From Candidatus Iainarchaeum sp. (lineage in GTDB: Archaea > Iainarchaeota > Iainarchaeia > Iainarchaeales > JAXPJC01), in contig JACPJC010000005.1 in the NCBI GenBank assembly GCA_016187745.1, positions 118,659-182,658 of the forward strand: a stretch of 64,000 nt of DNA, in the 5' to 3' direction. Positions 28,438-37,726 of the stretch are shown piece after piece (within the stretch, counting starts at the first letter, position 1; each line of letters begins with the position of its first letter). Position numbers and translations under genes: made by a program. Below the pieces are notes generated by a model that was not told the origin of the DNA, did not search any database, and was given only the letters and a program-made list of their open reading frames with translations.

Positions 28438-29085
28438 CTAGATATTAAAATTGGTTAAATTAATTTGAGAATAAGAATCCACAACTAAATCCGCATCTTT
28501 CAATTTATCCCTCTCATAAGTAGTAGTTAAAGCAATACATCTCATCCCTGCTCTTTTAGCAGCCTCAATTCCGTACGGTGAATCTTCTATTACTAAGCAA
28601 TATTTAGGTTGTGAGCTTAACATTTTTGCGGAATACAGAAATATTTCAGGGTTAGGTTTTGAAACATATCCTACATCGGCTATAGAAAATACATTTCCAT
28701 TAAATAATTTTGATAATCCCAATCTTTGATCAGTAATTTCCAAAAGGTCTTTGCTCATAGAAGTTGCAATGCAAGTTTTATATTTTCCTGCAATTTTCTT
28801 ATAGAATTCTTCAAATCCGGATATAAAGCTTAATTGATTTCTGAACAGTTCCCTTACTATTTCTATACGCTCTTTTGCCAACTCTTCAGAATCGCCTTTA
28901 AAACCATATTCTCTTTGCAGTATCTTGACGCCTTCTGGTAAAGACTTCCCCGTAAGTAGATGCTTGATTCTACTTCTATCATAAACGAATCCTCTGCGTC
29001 TTAGAAATTCTTCTTGCCCCCTGTCCCAAATAATTTCACTATCTACTACAATACCTTCCGCGTCAAAGATTATAGTATCGATCAT
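28438..29085 (-). CDS. HAD-superfamily phosphatase (CbbY/beta-PGM-like)
   Basis: IFDAEGIVVDSE, KPNPEIF, VIEDSPYGIEAAKRAGM; markedly AT-rich. Confidence 0.88.
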   Translation of the reverse strand: MIDTIIFDAEGIVVDSEIIWDRGQEEFLRRRGFVYDRSRIKHLLTGKSLPEGVKILQREYGFKGDSEELAKERIEIVRELFRNQLSFISGFEEFYKKIAGKYKTCIATSMSKDLLEITDQRLGLSKLFNGNVFSIADVGYVSKPNPEIFLYSAKMLSSQPKYCLVIEDSPYGIEAAKRAGMRCIALTTTYERDKLKDADLVVDSYSQINLTNFNI

Positions 29086-29105
29086 CTATGAAAATCCCTT
29101 ATTAA

Positions 29106-31715
29106 TTATGGCAGGAAAATTTCCTTCTTTATTTTTTCCGGGAGGTATTTCTTTGCAACAAAGTCAAGACTCTTGTTCGCAAGCGCCTGCTGCTCTATCC
29201 TGATTTTCTCATCAATCGCCTTTTTTAGTTCCTCTTGCCAGGGCTTGTTCTTGAACCAGTCGTAATTCTGCATCTCCTTTGCGCGCTTCACGTCCCCTTC
29301 CTTCATTTTTTCCGTAACATTCTGCAGCCCGTAATCCTTCACATCCTCAAGCGTCATTCCGACATATTTCGCATCAGGGCACGCAAGGAATTCAGAATGC
29401 GCCGCAAGCGCCATCGAGCCCTGCTTTATTACTGAATAGATATACCATCCGAACGGGTCCCCATCAGTGTTGTGCACGCAGATAAAATTTGAAAAGAACC
29501 TGTGCGTATCAGCCATCTCTATATCATACACATACTGGTCTGTCGGCTCCACGCGCTCTATTTCCTTTATCCTTGCAAGCGTTGTCTTGCTGCTGGCAAA
29601 ATCATTCAGAATTTGCAGGTTGCCATTCAGGTTTCTGCCCTCAAGCAGCGCCCTAAGCTTCTTCTTGGAAATTCTTGGCCACTGGAATGTTGCCGGCGGC
29701 AGCCTCCTTTCGAGCTCGCCCCTGAACTCGTTCCTGAAATCCTCCCTGAACCTCTCAACAAATTCCCTCGGCAGGCTGTCAAATTTAGGCGTTTTGATAT
29801 AATCATTTGCAATATGCTGCAATGCCTGCGGATTAAGCTCTGAAACAACCTCCCCGAGCTTCAGCAAAGCCTCCTTGTTTGCAATGCTCACAAGATAGGG
29901 CTTGTGCTTTGCGGCAACCTTTGCTATCTGCACCCCTGAGGCAGTTGTCATTTCAACCTCGTGCTCATCATAATCTTCCTTTGGATACTGGATTGTTGCA
30001 TTTGCGCCAATCTGCGCAGAAAGCAGAACCAGGTCATAGGCAAGCCCCTTGCTTACTGTTTTTGCCCAGAGCTCTACTGAGGATTTTTCCTTCTTGAAAT
30101 CCACTCTTCCGTCGCCCCTGAAATAGCCCCTGAAAAACTCTTTTTTCGCATCTGCGGGAACGTTAAAAATTACGTATGGCACTCTTTTATTTGCCGCCCC
30201 GCTTGAGGCAAGCCTTTTGAATATTGCAGAAAGAATTGTATTATGCGCAACAACCTGTATTTCTGTGGAATGCGGGGAATGCTCTTTTGCATCATTTCCG
30301 AATATTGCCGCAAGCGCCTGCTTGACATCATTTATGTAATTTTTTTCACTGCTGTTGAAGCTGAAACACACATTGTGCTCATCCAGATGCCCTTCTGCGG
30401 CATAATACCCAAGAAGCCTGCAGAAATCAGGCAGCATATTCCCTTCCACAAATCTTGGCATTGAGCCCTTCCTGTTCCTTTTGTTGATTATTGCAGATTC
30501 TGTTATCTCCGCATTCGGGCAGCCAAGCGCAAATTCCGCAAGGTCAATTCTCCCAAGGCTCTCATTGTTCGGAACATCAAGGCTTACAACCGCAAAATCA
30601 TTTTCCCTGTCAATTTCCAGGGGGGTTTTTTCAGCAAACTCGTGCTTCTTTGAATCATAGACAATAAGGCTGTGTGACCTTGTGGCCTTTACGCTATAGC
30701 CCAGATCTGTTTTAACCTCATAAAGGTCTTCAACTATCGGATGCCTTATGACCTGGTTGATCTTCCCAAAACTTGTTTTCCTGTTGTCAAAGCACATTGA
30801 TTTTGCATCAATATCCGCGCGCTCATTCTCAATAATCCCATTTACCTTCAGCAGTTTCCTGCCATCCATAAGGTCCTTCAGTCTGAAATTCTTGATAAGG
30901 CCGTTTTCCTCTATAACAACAGTTTCATCGCCATCAACGCTGAATACTATTGTAGGCAGCTTCTCCTCAGTATGCAATCTGTGGATCAGGCGCCTAGTTC
31001 CCCGCGCAGCCTGCCCCCCCGTAGAAACAAGAATTGCCTTGTTATCCTGCGCAAAATGCTCCTCAACAAGCCTCTCATACATCGCCTCAGTTTCAATTAC
31101 AAGGACATATTTCGCCTTCACATCAACAATTTCAATTTCCTCGGGCTCAAGCCTTGACATTACGCTCCATCCGCCCCTTCCAAGTTTTGCGCAGTTGAAT
31201 GTGTCATTGTTGTGCATTTTATCGCGCAGCGTAATGTCCCCATAGAGCGTTCCCTTGGGGTTAGCATGCAAATTCAATTTCTCCCTTATTGAGTCAACAG
31301 CATGCTCAATGTCCACAATGCAGCTGTCGCTCTCCCCCTGCTCCTCGAAAGTGTTTTCCTTTGTATTTCCAAGGGTATGCTTCAGTTCGTAATAAATTTC
31401 ACGTATGCTTGCCGTCTTGTTCTCCCTCACATAATCATGGCATTTCCCTGTTACCATCATCGTCTGCATGAATTTTCTCGCATGGCCTATGTTGAGGAAA
31501 TTGCGCGTTGTTTTTTTCTCCCCGAGTATTATTACCCCTTTTTTCTCATCAAAGGCGACATTTCCCCTTCCCCTCTGCATTGTGACAAATTCGGGATCGC
31601 GCCCCTTGTTTATGTCTGTTACAACCCCGCTTGCAATCTCAACAAGCCTCTTTTTTATTGCCTCAGGGCTTTCCTTTTCCTTTGAGCTATGTGCGCCTTT
31701 CCTTTCCTCAGACAT
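29106..31715 (-). CDS. top6A: DNA topoisomerase VI subunit A, intein-containing
   Basis: SIREIYY (catalytic Tyr), VIETEAMY, TDGDPFGWYI, IEQQAL; start ATG 31715; 378 aa after intein removal. Confidence 0.95.
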   Translation of the reverse strand: MSEERKGAHSSKEKESPEAIKKRLVEIASGVVTDINKGRDPEFVTMQRGRGNVAFDEKKGVIILGEKKTTRNFLNIGHARKFMQTMMVTGKCHDYVRENKTASIREIYYELKHTLGNTKENTFEEQGESDSCIVDIEHAVDSIREKLNLHANPKGTLYGDITLRDKMHNNDTFNCAKLGRGGWSVMSRLEPEEIEIVDVKAKYVLVIETEAMYERLVEEHFAQDNKAILVSTGGQAARGTRRLIHRLHTEEKLPTIVFSVDGDETVVIEENGLIKNFRLKDLMDGRKLLKVNGIIENERADIDAKSMCFDNRKTSFGKINQVIRHPIVEDLYEVKTDLGYSVKATRSHSLIVYDSKKHEFAEKTPLEIDRENDFAVVSLDVPNNESLGRIDLAEFALGCPNAEITESAIINKRNRKGSMPRFVEGNMLPDFCRLLGYYAAEGHLDEHNVCFSFNSSEKNYINDVKQALAAIFGNDAKEHSPHSTEIQVVAHNTILSAIFKRLASSGAANKRVPYVIFNVPADAKKEFFRGYFRGDGRVDFKKEKSSVELWAKTVSKGLAYDLVLLSAQIGANATIQYPKEDYDEHEVEMTTASGVQIAKVAAKHKPYLVSIANKEALLKLGEVVSELNPQALQHIANDYIKTPKFDSLPREFVERFREDFRNEFRGELERRLPPATFQWPRISKKKLRALLEGRNLNGNLQILNDFASSKTTLARIKEIERVEPTDQYVYDIEMADTHRFFSNFICVHNTDGDPFGWYIYSVIKQGSMALAAHSEFLACPDAKYVGMTLEDVKDYGLQNVTEKMKEGDVKRAKEMQNYDWFKNKPWQEELKKAIDEKIRIEQQALANKSLDFVAKKYLPEKIKKEIFLP
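29469..30941 (-). mobile_element. Intein with LAGLIDADG homing endonuclease (491 aa)
   Basis: Begins SVDGDETV (block A); ATRSHSL (block B TxxH); LLGYYAAEGH and FFRGYFRGDG (LAGLIDADG); YVYDIEM (block F); ends CVHN before extein Thr; removal restores IVF-TDGDPFGW. Confidence 0.95.
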
Positions 31716-31716
31716 T

Positions 31717-33498
31717 TTATTCACCTTCGACCTCGCTTTCATTCTCAACTTCCTCAATCTGCAGGGCCTCAGTATCTTCCTTCGCCTCTTCGGCCTCCTG
31801 CTTCTCAATTATCTTAAGCTTCTCGGTAACCAGCTTCTCAAGCTTTTCCCTCAGTTTCTTCTCATCCTCTTTTGTGATGTTGTGGAGCGCAGCAGCAATT
31901 TCAGGGATGTACTTGTAGAAGGTTTCCCTCCTCATTTTTTTCTCATAATCCCTCTGCTTGTTGGTTATGTAGCGCGCGGTTTTCCTTCCAGTATCCATCA
32001 GCGCAAGCCTTATTTCCTCAATTATTTCCTCTTCCTCCGCAATCGCCTGCTTTCCCGCGGAAGTGTAGGGCACATGCACGGAAATCAAATTCACAAACAC
32101 AGTAAGCGGAACATTCTCAAGGTCCTTAACTCCATATCTCTTCCATTCAATTGTCTGGACTGCCTTCGTTATTGCGCATCCTCCGGAATCAAACAGCAGC
32201 GGCGCGCGGTTCGCAAAGCGCATTATTTCAACGCTTCTTGTCTGCTGCCCCTCGCCTGTTCCATTCTGGTTTGCCCTCCCCGCCTCCCCCCCGTATGCGA
32301 TTCCGACTTCCACCTGGAAGGGAAATCCCTCGGCATAAACCTGCGGCCTGCGCGTTATAACGCTCAAAAATTCCGGCTTAACAATGCTCAGCAGGCTCTT
32401 CCTTATCCTGTCCTCCCCAATGGGGCGCAAGCCCTCGGTGCTCGGCGCAAGGAATGTTATCGCCTTTATCGCATTTATTATTTCCTCCGCTTCCCCCCAC
32501 ACAAGCTTTTTCGGGTCCTTGTTGAGGTCAAAATGTATCTTGTTTGCAACTTCCTCAAGCGCCTTGTCCCCGAACCTCTCAAACTCGCTTTTCAGGAAGC
32601 TTGAGATTTTCCTCGCTTCTGTGTATTTTGAAAGGCTCAGCAGCTCATCAACAGTTGCCCCCTTCGGATGCGGCTTTATTTCCTTCGGCCTTTCCGGAAG
32701 CTCTGAAACAGTGCGCTTGAATATTATTTTTTTGCCCGTGGGGTCCTTGAAGGAGATTTTCGCGTGGGGGTTTGCGACCGCAGTCCTGCGCAGATACTCA
32801 TAGGCGTTCTGCTCCGCCTGCCTGTAAAGCACTCCCTTGAATTCAGCCCTTACCGCAGTTCCCTTGAAATCCTTCTGCAGCATTTCAATATTGCTCAATT
32901 TCGGCTGGTTTGTTTTTGTGTCAATTGCAACATCAACAGCAAAGGGCTTTCCTTTCCCAGAGCCTGTAATTACCTTCACGGGCTTCCCGGTTGTCATCTG
33001 CGAAAATACCGTGCAGCCTGCCGCCCCAATGCCCTGCTGCCCGCGCATCTGCATGAGCCTGTGGAATTTGGTTCCCGCAAGCAGCTGCCCGAATGCCTTT
33101 CCAACGCTTTCCTGCGTGAGCCCCGGGCCATTGTCAACAACAGTAACTTCGTAATGCTCCGGCCCAAGCTCCGTAAGCGTCATATCAATATCCGGGAGAA
33201 TTCCTGACTCCTCGCACGCATCCAATGAATTTGTTACGTACTCGTGGATGATTGTAGTTAAGCACCTGATTTTTCCCACAAGGCCGAGCATCTGCCTGTT
33301 TTTCTTGAAAAATTCCGCAACGCTGTGCTCCTTGAATTCCTTTTCCAGCTCTTCAGCGGTAAGCGGCTTTATGGGCTTTGAAGTTTCCTCTTCCTCCTCT
33401 TCGGAAGCCAGGGGCGCCTTTGCGGATTTCTTCGCGGGCTGCGCCTTCGGAATTTCCTCCGCGGCAACCGCCTTCTTCCCCTCCTTTTTCTCCGCCAT
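31717..33498 (-). CDS. top6B: DNA topoisomerase VI subunit B
   Basis: SVAEFF.KN, EYVTNSLDACE, DNGPG, GTKFH...RGQQGIG, RFANRAPLL, VPYTSAGK. Confidence 0.96.
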   Translation of the reverse strand: MAEKKEGKKAVAAEEIPKAQPAKKSAKAPLASEEEEEETSKPIKPLTAEELEKEFKEHSVAEFFKKNRQMLGLVGKIRCLTTIIHEYVTNSLDACEESGILPDIDMTLTELGPEHYEVTVVDNGPGLTQESVGKAFGQLLAGTKFHRLMQMRGQQGIGAAGCTVFSQMTTGKPVKVITGSGKGKPFAVDVAIDTKTNQPKLSNIEMLQKDFKGTAVRAEFKGVLYRQAEQNAYEYLRRTAVANPHAKISFKDPTGKKIIFKRTVSELPERPKEIKPHPKGATVDELLSLSKYTEARKISSFLKSEFERFGDKALEEVANKIHFDLNKDPKKLVWGEAEEIINAIKAITFLAPSTEGLRPIGEDRIRKSLLSIVKPEFLSVITRRPQVYAEGFPFQVEVGIAYGGEAGRANQNGTGEGQQTRSVEIMRFANRAPLLFDSGGCAITKAVQTIEWKRYGVKDLENVPLTVFVNLISVHVPYTSAGKQAIAEEEEIIEEIRLALMDTGRKTARYITNKQRDYEKKMRRETFYKYIPEIAAALHNITKEDEKKLREKLEKLVTEKLKIIEKQEAEEAKEDTEALQIEEVENESEVEGE

Positions 33499-33513
33499 TA
33501 AATTCACACCATC

Positions 33514-34050
33514 TTAAAGCTCAAATTTCCTGTTTCCCTCAAATCTCGTGCGCCTCTCCAGAAAATCATAAACCGTCTTGTGCTCCGCGCCCTTTATCAG
33601 CATTTCAATTGCCTCATGCGCAATTTCCGCATCCTCCGCGCCCCCTATTATTGAAACTGTCTTTCCATATGCCGAAATTTCAGTTCCCGTAAGCTCCTCA
33701 ATCGCCTCCCTTGCCTTTCCCTGGGAGCCGATAATCCTTGATTTTCTCTGCGAGATAGCCTTTTCGGATTTTCCCACAAACTCGCTTATGTCAATCACAT
33801 CCAGGATATAATCATCGTGCATCAGCTGCATCGCCCTTTCCGGCGAAAAGCCCCTTGCAACAGCCTTTATTATTGAAGCTGCCTTCAACCCAAGCAATGC
33901 CTCCTTTGAGGAAATTTCCACTTCCCCGCTTGAGCTTTCAATGCTTATCCTGCTTTTTGTCTTCTGCTGAATTTTTCTTTTCGCGCTTCCGTTTTTTCCA
34001 ATAAGCACTGCAATCCTGTCCTTTGGAACCCTGACGAACTCGCTGTACAT
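33514..34050 (-). CDS. KH-domain RNA-processing protein (Dim2/Pno1-like)
   Basis: RIAVLIGKNG, ARGFSPE, RIIGSQG, GAEHKTVY; canonical position upstream of top6B. Confidence 0.92.
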   Translation of the reverse strand: MYSEFVRVPKDRIAVLIGKNGSAKRKIQQKTKSRISIESSSGEVEISSKEALLGLKAASIIKAVARGFSPERAMQLMHDDYILDVIDISEFVGKSEKAISQRKSRIIGSQGKAREAIEELTGTEISAYGKTVSIIGGAEDAEIAHEAIEMLIKGAEHKTVYDFLERRTRFEGNRKFEL

Positions 34051-34123
34051 GCTCTTAGTTCTCTCTAGAATCCAGGCTTTTCTATTATGGTTAATATAAT
34101 AATATTATAGTATATAAAGGTTT

Positions 34124-34906
34124 TTATTTGCTTCCCTGCAATTTCTGCTTCCATGCCCTTACATCATCAATCAATTCATCCGCGCTTTTTTTAACCCCGA
34201 CCCTTGTGAAGTAATTCGCAATATTGCGCATGTCGCGCATGAAGAATTCCTCAGCCTTAGGATGGCTTGTAAGGACCGCCTGCCCGATATCTATGAGCAC
34301 AATCTCAGGGGCATTTTCCTTTTCCGCATTAACGAGAATATTGTATTCCGAAAGGTCGGCAAAGACCAGCTCCGCCTTATAGAGCAGTTTTGCGATATTT
34401 TCCGCAAGCGCCTCATATGCCCATGAATAATCGCCCATTTTTGTCTCGCGCAGGGTGCTTGAAGCATCCCCGTTTTTCCCTATGAATTCCATTGCAAGCA
34501 CATTCTCATAATATCCATAGGGCATTGGAACTCTAGCTCCTACAGAATTTGCAAGCCTCAGGTTCGCGAACTCCTTTTTTGTCCATGCATGCACAATATT
34601 GCGCTTTTCGTTCTTCACATTCTTGAAGCGCGGGTCCCCCTTCAGATAGTCCATCATGTGCCGAAATCCGCTTGTTTCTATTTTGTAAATCTTGACTGCC
34701 TTGTAGTTCCCGGAAGCATCAACCGCGCGGAAAACAACGGCTTCCTTCCCCGAGCTTATGGGGAATTCCAGCACACTGAAAATGCCCTTTTTCGCAAGCG
34801 CATGCACAGCGAGGATTGTGCTTTCATCAAACACCTTCCCGAAAACCTTGCGCAGCTTCTCGTCCCTTATGTAATTCTTCAGCGTTTCTTCAGCCTGCCC
34901 GTGCAT
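34124..34906 (-). CDS. rio1: RIO1-family Ser/Thr kinase
   Basis: SSGKEAVVF, AVKIY, GDPRF, KEFANL, ADLSEYNIL, IDIGQAV. Confidence 0.93.
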   Translation of the reverse strand: MHGQAEETLKNYIRDEKLRKVFGKVFDESTILAVHALAKKGIFSVLEFPISSGKEAVVFRAVDASGNYKAVKIYKIETSGFRHMMDYLKGDPRFKNVKNEKRNIVHAWTKKEFANLRLANSVGARVPMPYGYYENVLAMEFIGKNGDASSTLRETKMGDYSWAYEALAENIAKLLYKAELVFADLSEYNILVNAEKENAPEIVLIDIGQAVLTSHPKAEEFFMRDMRNIANYFTRVGVKKSADELIDDVRAWKQKLQGSK

Positions 34907-34973
34907 GTTTAGAATTAGCATCAATTGTAAGATAAATGTTTTGGGGATGGATGGCACAATGTTTTAAAAGAAG

Positions 34974-34985
34974 TTGTATATACAA
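34974..34985. promoter_or_regulatory. Palindromic operator candidate for the RHH protein
   Basis: Perfect 12-bp palindrome TTGTATATACAA between TATA-like TTTTAAAA (about 34962-34969) and ATG 34995. Confidence 0.55.
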
Positions 34986-34994
34986 TTGATGTAT

Positions 34995-35261
34995 ATGAAT
35001 GCAATGGTCAATATCCGCATAGGGCAGAAGCTTCTCAGGGAGATAGATTCCGCTGTGAGGAATTCCACTTACGAGAGCAGGACCGAATTCATAAGGGAAG
35101 CTTTGCGCAAAATGCTTGATGAGCATAAGAAAAAAAGGATGATAAAAAGTTTGCGCAGCAGGCTTGGCGAAGGCAAGCGCCTTGGCATAAAAGAGCCAAC
35201 CCCTGAAGAATTTGAAAGGATCAGGGAAGAAGTTTGGGAAGAGCTCCATGGAAAGCATTAG
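34995..35261 (+). CDS. Ribbon-helix-helix (CopG/NikR-type) protein, putative antitoxin
   Basis: VNIRI..KLLREID.......ESRTEFIREALR. Confidence 0.85.
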   Translation: MNAMVNIRIGQKLLREIDSAVRNSTYESRTEFIREALRKMLDEHKKKRMIKSLRSRLGEGKRLGIKEPTPEEFERIREEVWEELHGKH

Positions 35262-35262
35262 C

Positions 35263-35682
35263 TCATAACTCTTCTGGCTTGCGTACTTCAGCAATATCCC
35301 CTATTGCATAATAGTGATTGTCCCTGGAAATAAGCAAGGCCTTATTATCCCTTGCCAGAACCGCAAACAGCGCATCGTTTCTTGGAATATTCCGTTCCCC
35401 TGATAATTTCTCAGCCTCAATGGCCTGATTTTCTGATGCTTTAATGAATTGAATTTTTTTAGTTGCAATAAGTTCTTTGAATATTATTTCATTCAATTCA
35501 TTTTCTTTTTTATTCAGGATTCTTTTCAGTTCGGTTATTACATCGTCTGATGTAAGAATGTAAAATTCGCAGCTGATGCTTCTTTTAATCAATTGAAATG
35601 CAAATTCTCCCAACGGCACCACATGATTGCTTCTGTCCAGATAGTAGTCTGCAAATATATTTGTATCAACAAATAGTTTCAT
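35263..35682 (-). CDS. PIN-domain (VapC-like) nuclease
   Basis: MKLFVDTNIF, ITEL, NDALFA, ISRDNHY; start ATG 35682. Confidence 0.9.
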   Translation of the reverse strand: MKLFVDTNIFADYYLDRSNHVVPLGEFAFQLIKRSISCEFYILTSDDVITELKRILNKKENELNEIIFKELIATKKIQFIKASENQAIEAEKLSGERNIPRNDALFAVLARDNKALLISRDNHYYAIGDIAEVRKPEEL

Positions 35683-35713
35683 AATAAAGTTCTGTTCAGG
35701 GCATTTATAGCGG

Positions 35714-35737
35714 TTTCGGGACCATTTCGCCGCTGAA
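35714..35737 (-). promoter_or_regulatory. Extended promoter element shared with mcm
   Basis: TTCAGCGGCGAAATGGTCCCGAAA; 20/24 identical to 44671-44694; both end 31 nt before an ATG and precede a TATA box. Confidence 0.6.
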
Positions 35738-35802
35738 CGCGCAGCGGAGCAATGAAAAACAAAAAATTGCGCTCTCACAATTGCTATTGTGTTATGTAGC
35801 AG

Positions 35803-36501
35803 TTATATGAGCTTTGAGAGATTTTTCACTGCCTCATCAATAAGCATTTTTCCCTTTCTGCGCGATGCCTTTGTAGAATCGCCAAAAACCCCCGAAGGAT
35901 TTGCCTTCCTGAATTCAAGCGCGCTCCCCTTTTTTGGGTAATTAGGAAATGACCTGACAAGCCTGTTTTTCCTTACGCTTGCAGGAGCGAGCTCCATCAT
36001 CTCGGAAGTTTCGCACTCGCCAGCGTGCGAATCCCCGGGCGTTTCAATGACCCTTTCTCTCGCATTTTTTTCAAGCGCACTTGCTCCTATATAGCTCGCA
36101 TTAATTCCCCTTTTCCTGAGTTTTTTTACTGCCTGCTCCGCCGCCTTGCTGTGCTTTCTCCCATCATGCCCGCTGAAAACAAACATTTTCCTGAAGCCTG
36201 TGAAGTGCAGCGATTCGCACATTTCAACAATCACGCGCTTAAGCGTTTCTGCAGAAACAGAAACCGTTCCAGGATAGGCGTAAGTTTTCCTTCCCATTCC
36301 AATTATAATCGGCGGCAATAAAAAGAAGCTTTTCTTTACTCTTTTTGCAATCTCATATGCGCGCAGGTAATCAACAGAAACCGGCAAGTGATGGCCATGC
36401 TCCTCAAGCAAACTCAATGGAATTACAACTGTCCTTGTTCTCTTCTGTGCGGATTCAATTTCCTTCCAGCTCATCTGCTCGAACAAAAACGGCCCTGCCA
36501 T
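35803..36501 (-). CDS. Creatininase-family amidohydrolase
   Basis: EEHGHHLP..VD, YPGTVS, SGHDG, HAGECETS. Confidence 0.9.
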   Translation of the reverse strand: MAGPFLFEQMSWKEIESAQKRTRTVVIPLSLLEEHGHHLPVSVDYLRAYEIAKRVKKSFFLLPPIIIGMGRKTYAYPGTVSVSAETLKRVIVEMCESLHFTGFRKMFVFSGHDGRKHSKAAEQAVKKLRKRGINASYIGASALEKNARERVIETPGDSHAGECETSEMMELAPASVRKNRLVRSFPNYPKKGSALEFRKANPSGVFGDSTKASRRKGKMLIDEAVKNLSKLI

Positions 36502-36505
36502 AATC

Positions 36506-36844
36506 TCACAGCGGCAGACTGTTCAGCAGTCCCCTCTTCTTTAAGTGCTCAACCTGCACTCCCACATAGCGCCATATTATGTCGCACTTAATTGGCTGGA
36601 AATCCCACAATTTAACAAGAACCAAATCCCCCTCTCTCATCCATACGCGTTTTCTCATTCTTCCCGGAATCCTTGCAAGCCTTTCCTTCCCGTCCTCGCA
36701 TGCAACTCTGATTTTGTCAACCCCAAGCAGCTGCATGACAACAGCAAACTGCTCCAGCTCATTCTTCCTTGGGAACCTTATCCTTCCGATAAGCTCCTCA
36801 GGGCTCTGCTCCACATATTTTTTTCTGTCAGGTATGTTTTTCAC
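36506..36844 (-). CDS. eif1a: Translation initiation factor aIF-1A
   Basis: ACEDGKERLARIPGRMRKRVWMREGD.V.V..WDFQ..KCDIIWRY. Confidence 0.95.
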   Translation of the reverse strand: MKNIPDRKKYVEQSPEELIGRIRFPRKNELEQFAVVMQLLGVDKIRVACEDGKERLARIPGRMRKRVWMREGDLVLVKLWDFQPIKCDIIWRYVGVQVEHLKKRGLLNSLPL

Positions 36845-36870
36845 CAGGCATTAAATTTTTTCAAACAAAA

Positions 36871-37176
36871 TCATATCTTAATTATCTGCACATGCGGGAT
36901 TCCGCATATTTTTATTATGTCATTTCCGCTTATAATACCTTCCCTAAGAGCAACGCCCACGGCCTTCTTTCCCACAAGGTTTATGTTTGCATTTTCCTTC
37001 AGCGCTTTTGCAAGTTCCTTCCCGTCAGTTTTCCTGTTGCCATAAAATTCCTCATCAACCCTGAATGCAATTTCCCCCTGCTTCAGCATTTTTCCCGCGA
37101 GCTCCCTGTCGCAGCAGGCAAACACAGAATCCTTCCCGATAATGTGCAGTTTTGAATAAATGCTTCCACCTTGCAA
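36871..37176 (-). CDS. DUF424-family protein
   Basis: FACCDRELAG, VDEEFY, NINLVG..AV, ICGIPHVQI; start uncertain (TTG 37176 chosen). Confidence 0.85.
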   Translation of the reverse strand: MQGGSIYSKLHIIGKDSVFACCDRELAGKMLKQGEIAFRVDEEFYGNRKTDGKELAKALKENANINLVGKKAVGVALREGIISGNDIIKICGIPHVQIIKI

Positions 37177-37181
37177 TCCGG

Positions 37182-37595
37182 TTAAAGCCTCTTCACAGGG
37201 CTTGATGCGCCGCACGCCTCGCATTTCAGCAGCTTAACGCCGTGCTCATCCGCAATTTTTGTATCGGGGCGCGAGCACTCATGGCACAGAACATACATCC
37301 TGATGTAATTCGTGAAAATGTCATTTACCTGCTTGCTTGTGAATTTTCCGTTCAGCACAAGCCTGTCCTCCTGCGTTGTTGCTTGGGTGCCTATCTCCTT
37401 TGTGATGTATTTCAGCATGTGCTCGGGCTCCCTCCTTATTGTTTTGAGTATGCTCCCGAAATTCTTCACGTTTGTTTTCTGCCCCTGTATGAAAGAATCA
37501 GCAACAGGCATCTCAAACCTCTCCTTTGTCAGCGCCTCCTTCGGAAGCGCGCTGTAGGCTCGCTCCAGCAGTTTTTCGTATTCGCCCTGTTCCAT
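37182..37595 (-). CDS. eif2b: Translation initiation factor aIF-2 beta
   Basis: YEKLLERAY, RFEMP, YVLCHECSRPDT, KCEACGA. Confidence 0.95.
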   Translation of the reverse strand: MEQGEYEKLLERAYSALPKEALTKERFEMPVADSFIQGQKTNVKNFGSILKTIRREPEHMLKYITKEIGTQATTQEDRLVLNGKFTSKQVNDIFTNYIRMYVLCHECSRPDTKIADEHGVKLLKCEACGASSPVKRL

Positions 37596-37726
37596 AATAA
37601 TCAGCATAATAATTCACTACAGAAATGTATATAAACCTGCCAAACAGGCTTCTAACAATATTCGGCAATAATCGTAAAAATAGAAATGTTTAAATACTGC
37701 TTGCATACAAGTATTTATGTGAGAAA

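Noticed and set aside
31716-31808. Arg-rich N-terminal extension of Top6A in the ORF track
   Set aside because: Overlaps the top6B 3' end; ATG 31715 directly follows the top6B stop and gives a normal length.
31468-32604. 378-aa plus-strand ORF
   Set aside because: Antisense to top6A/top6B with no recognisable motifs; shadow ORF.
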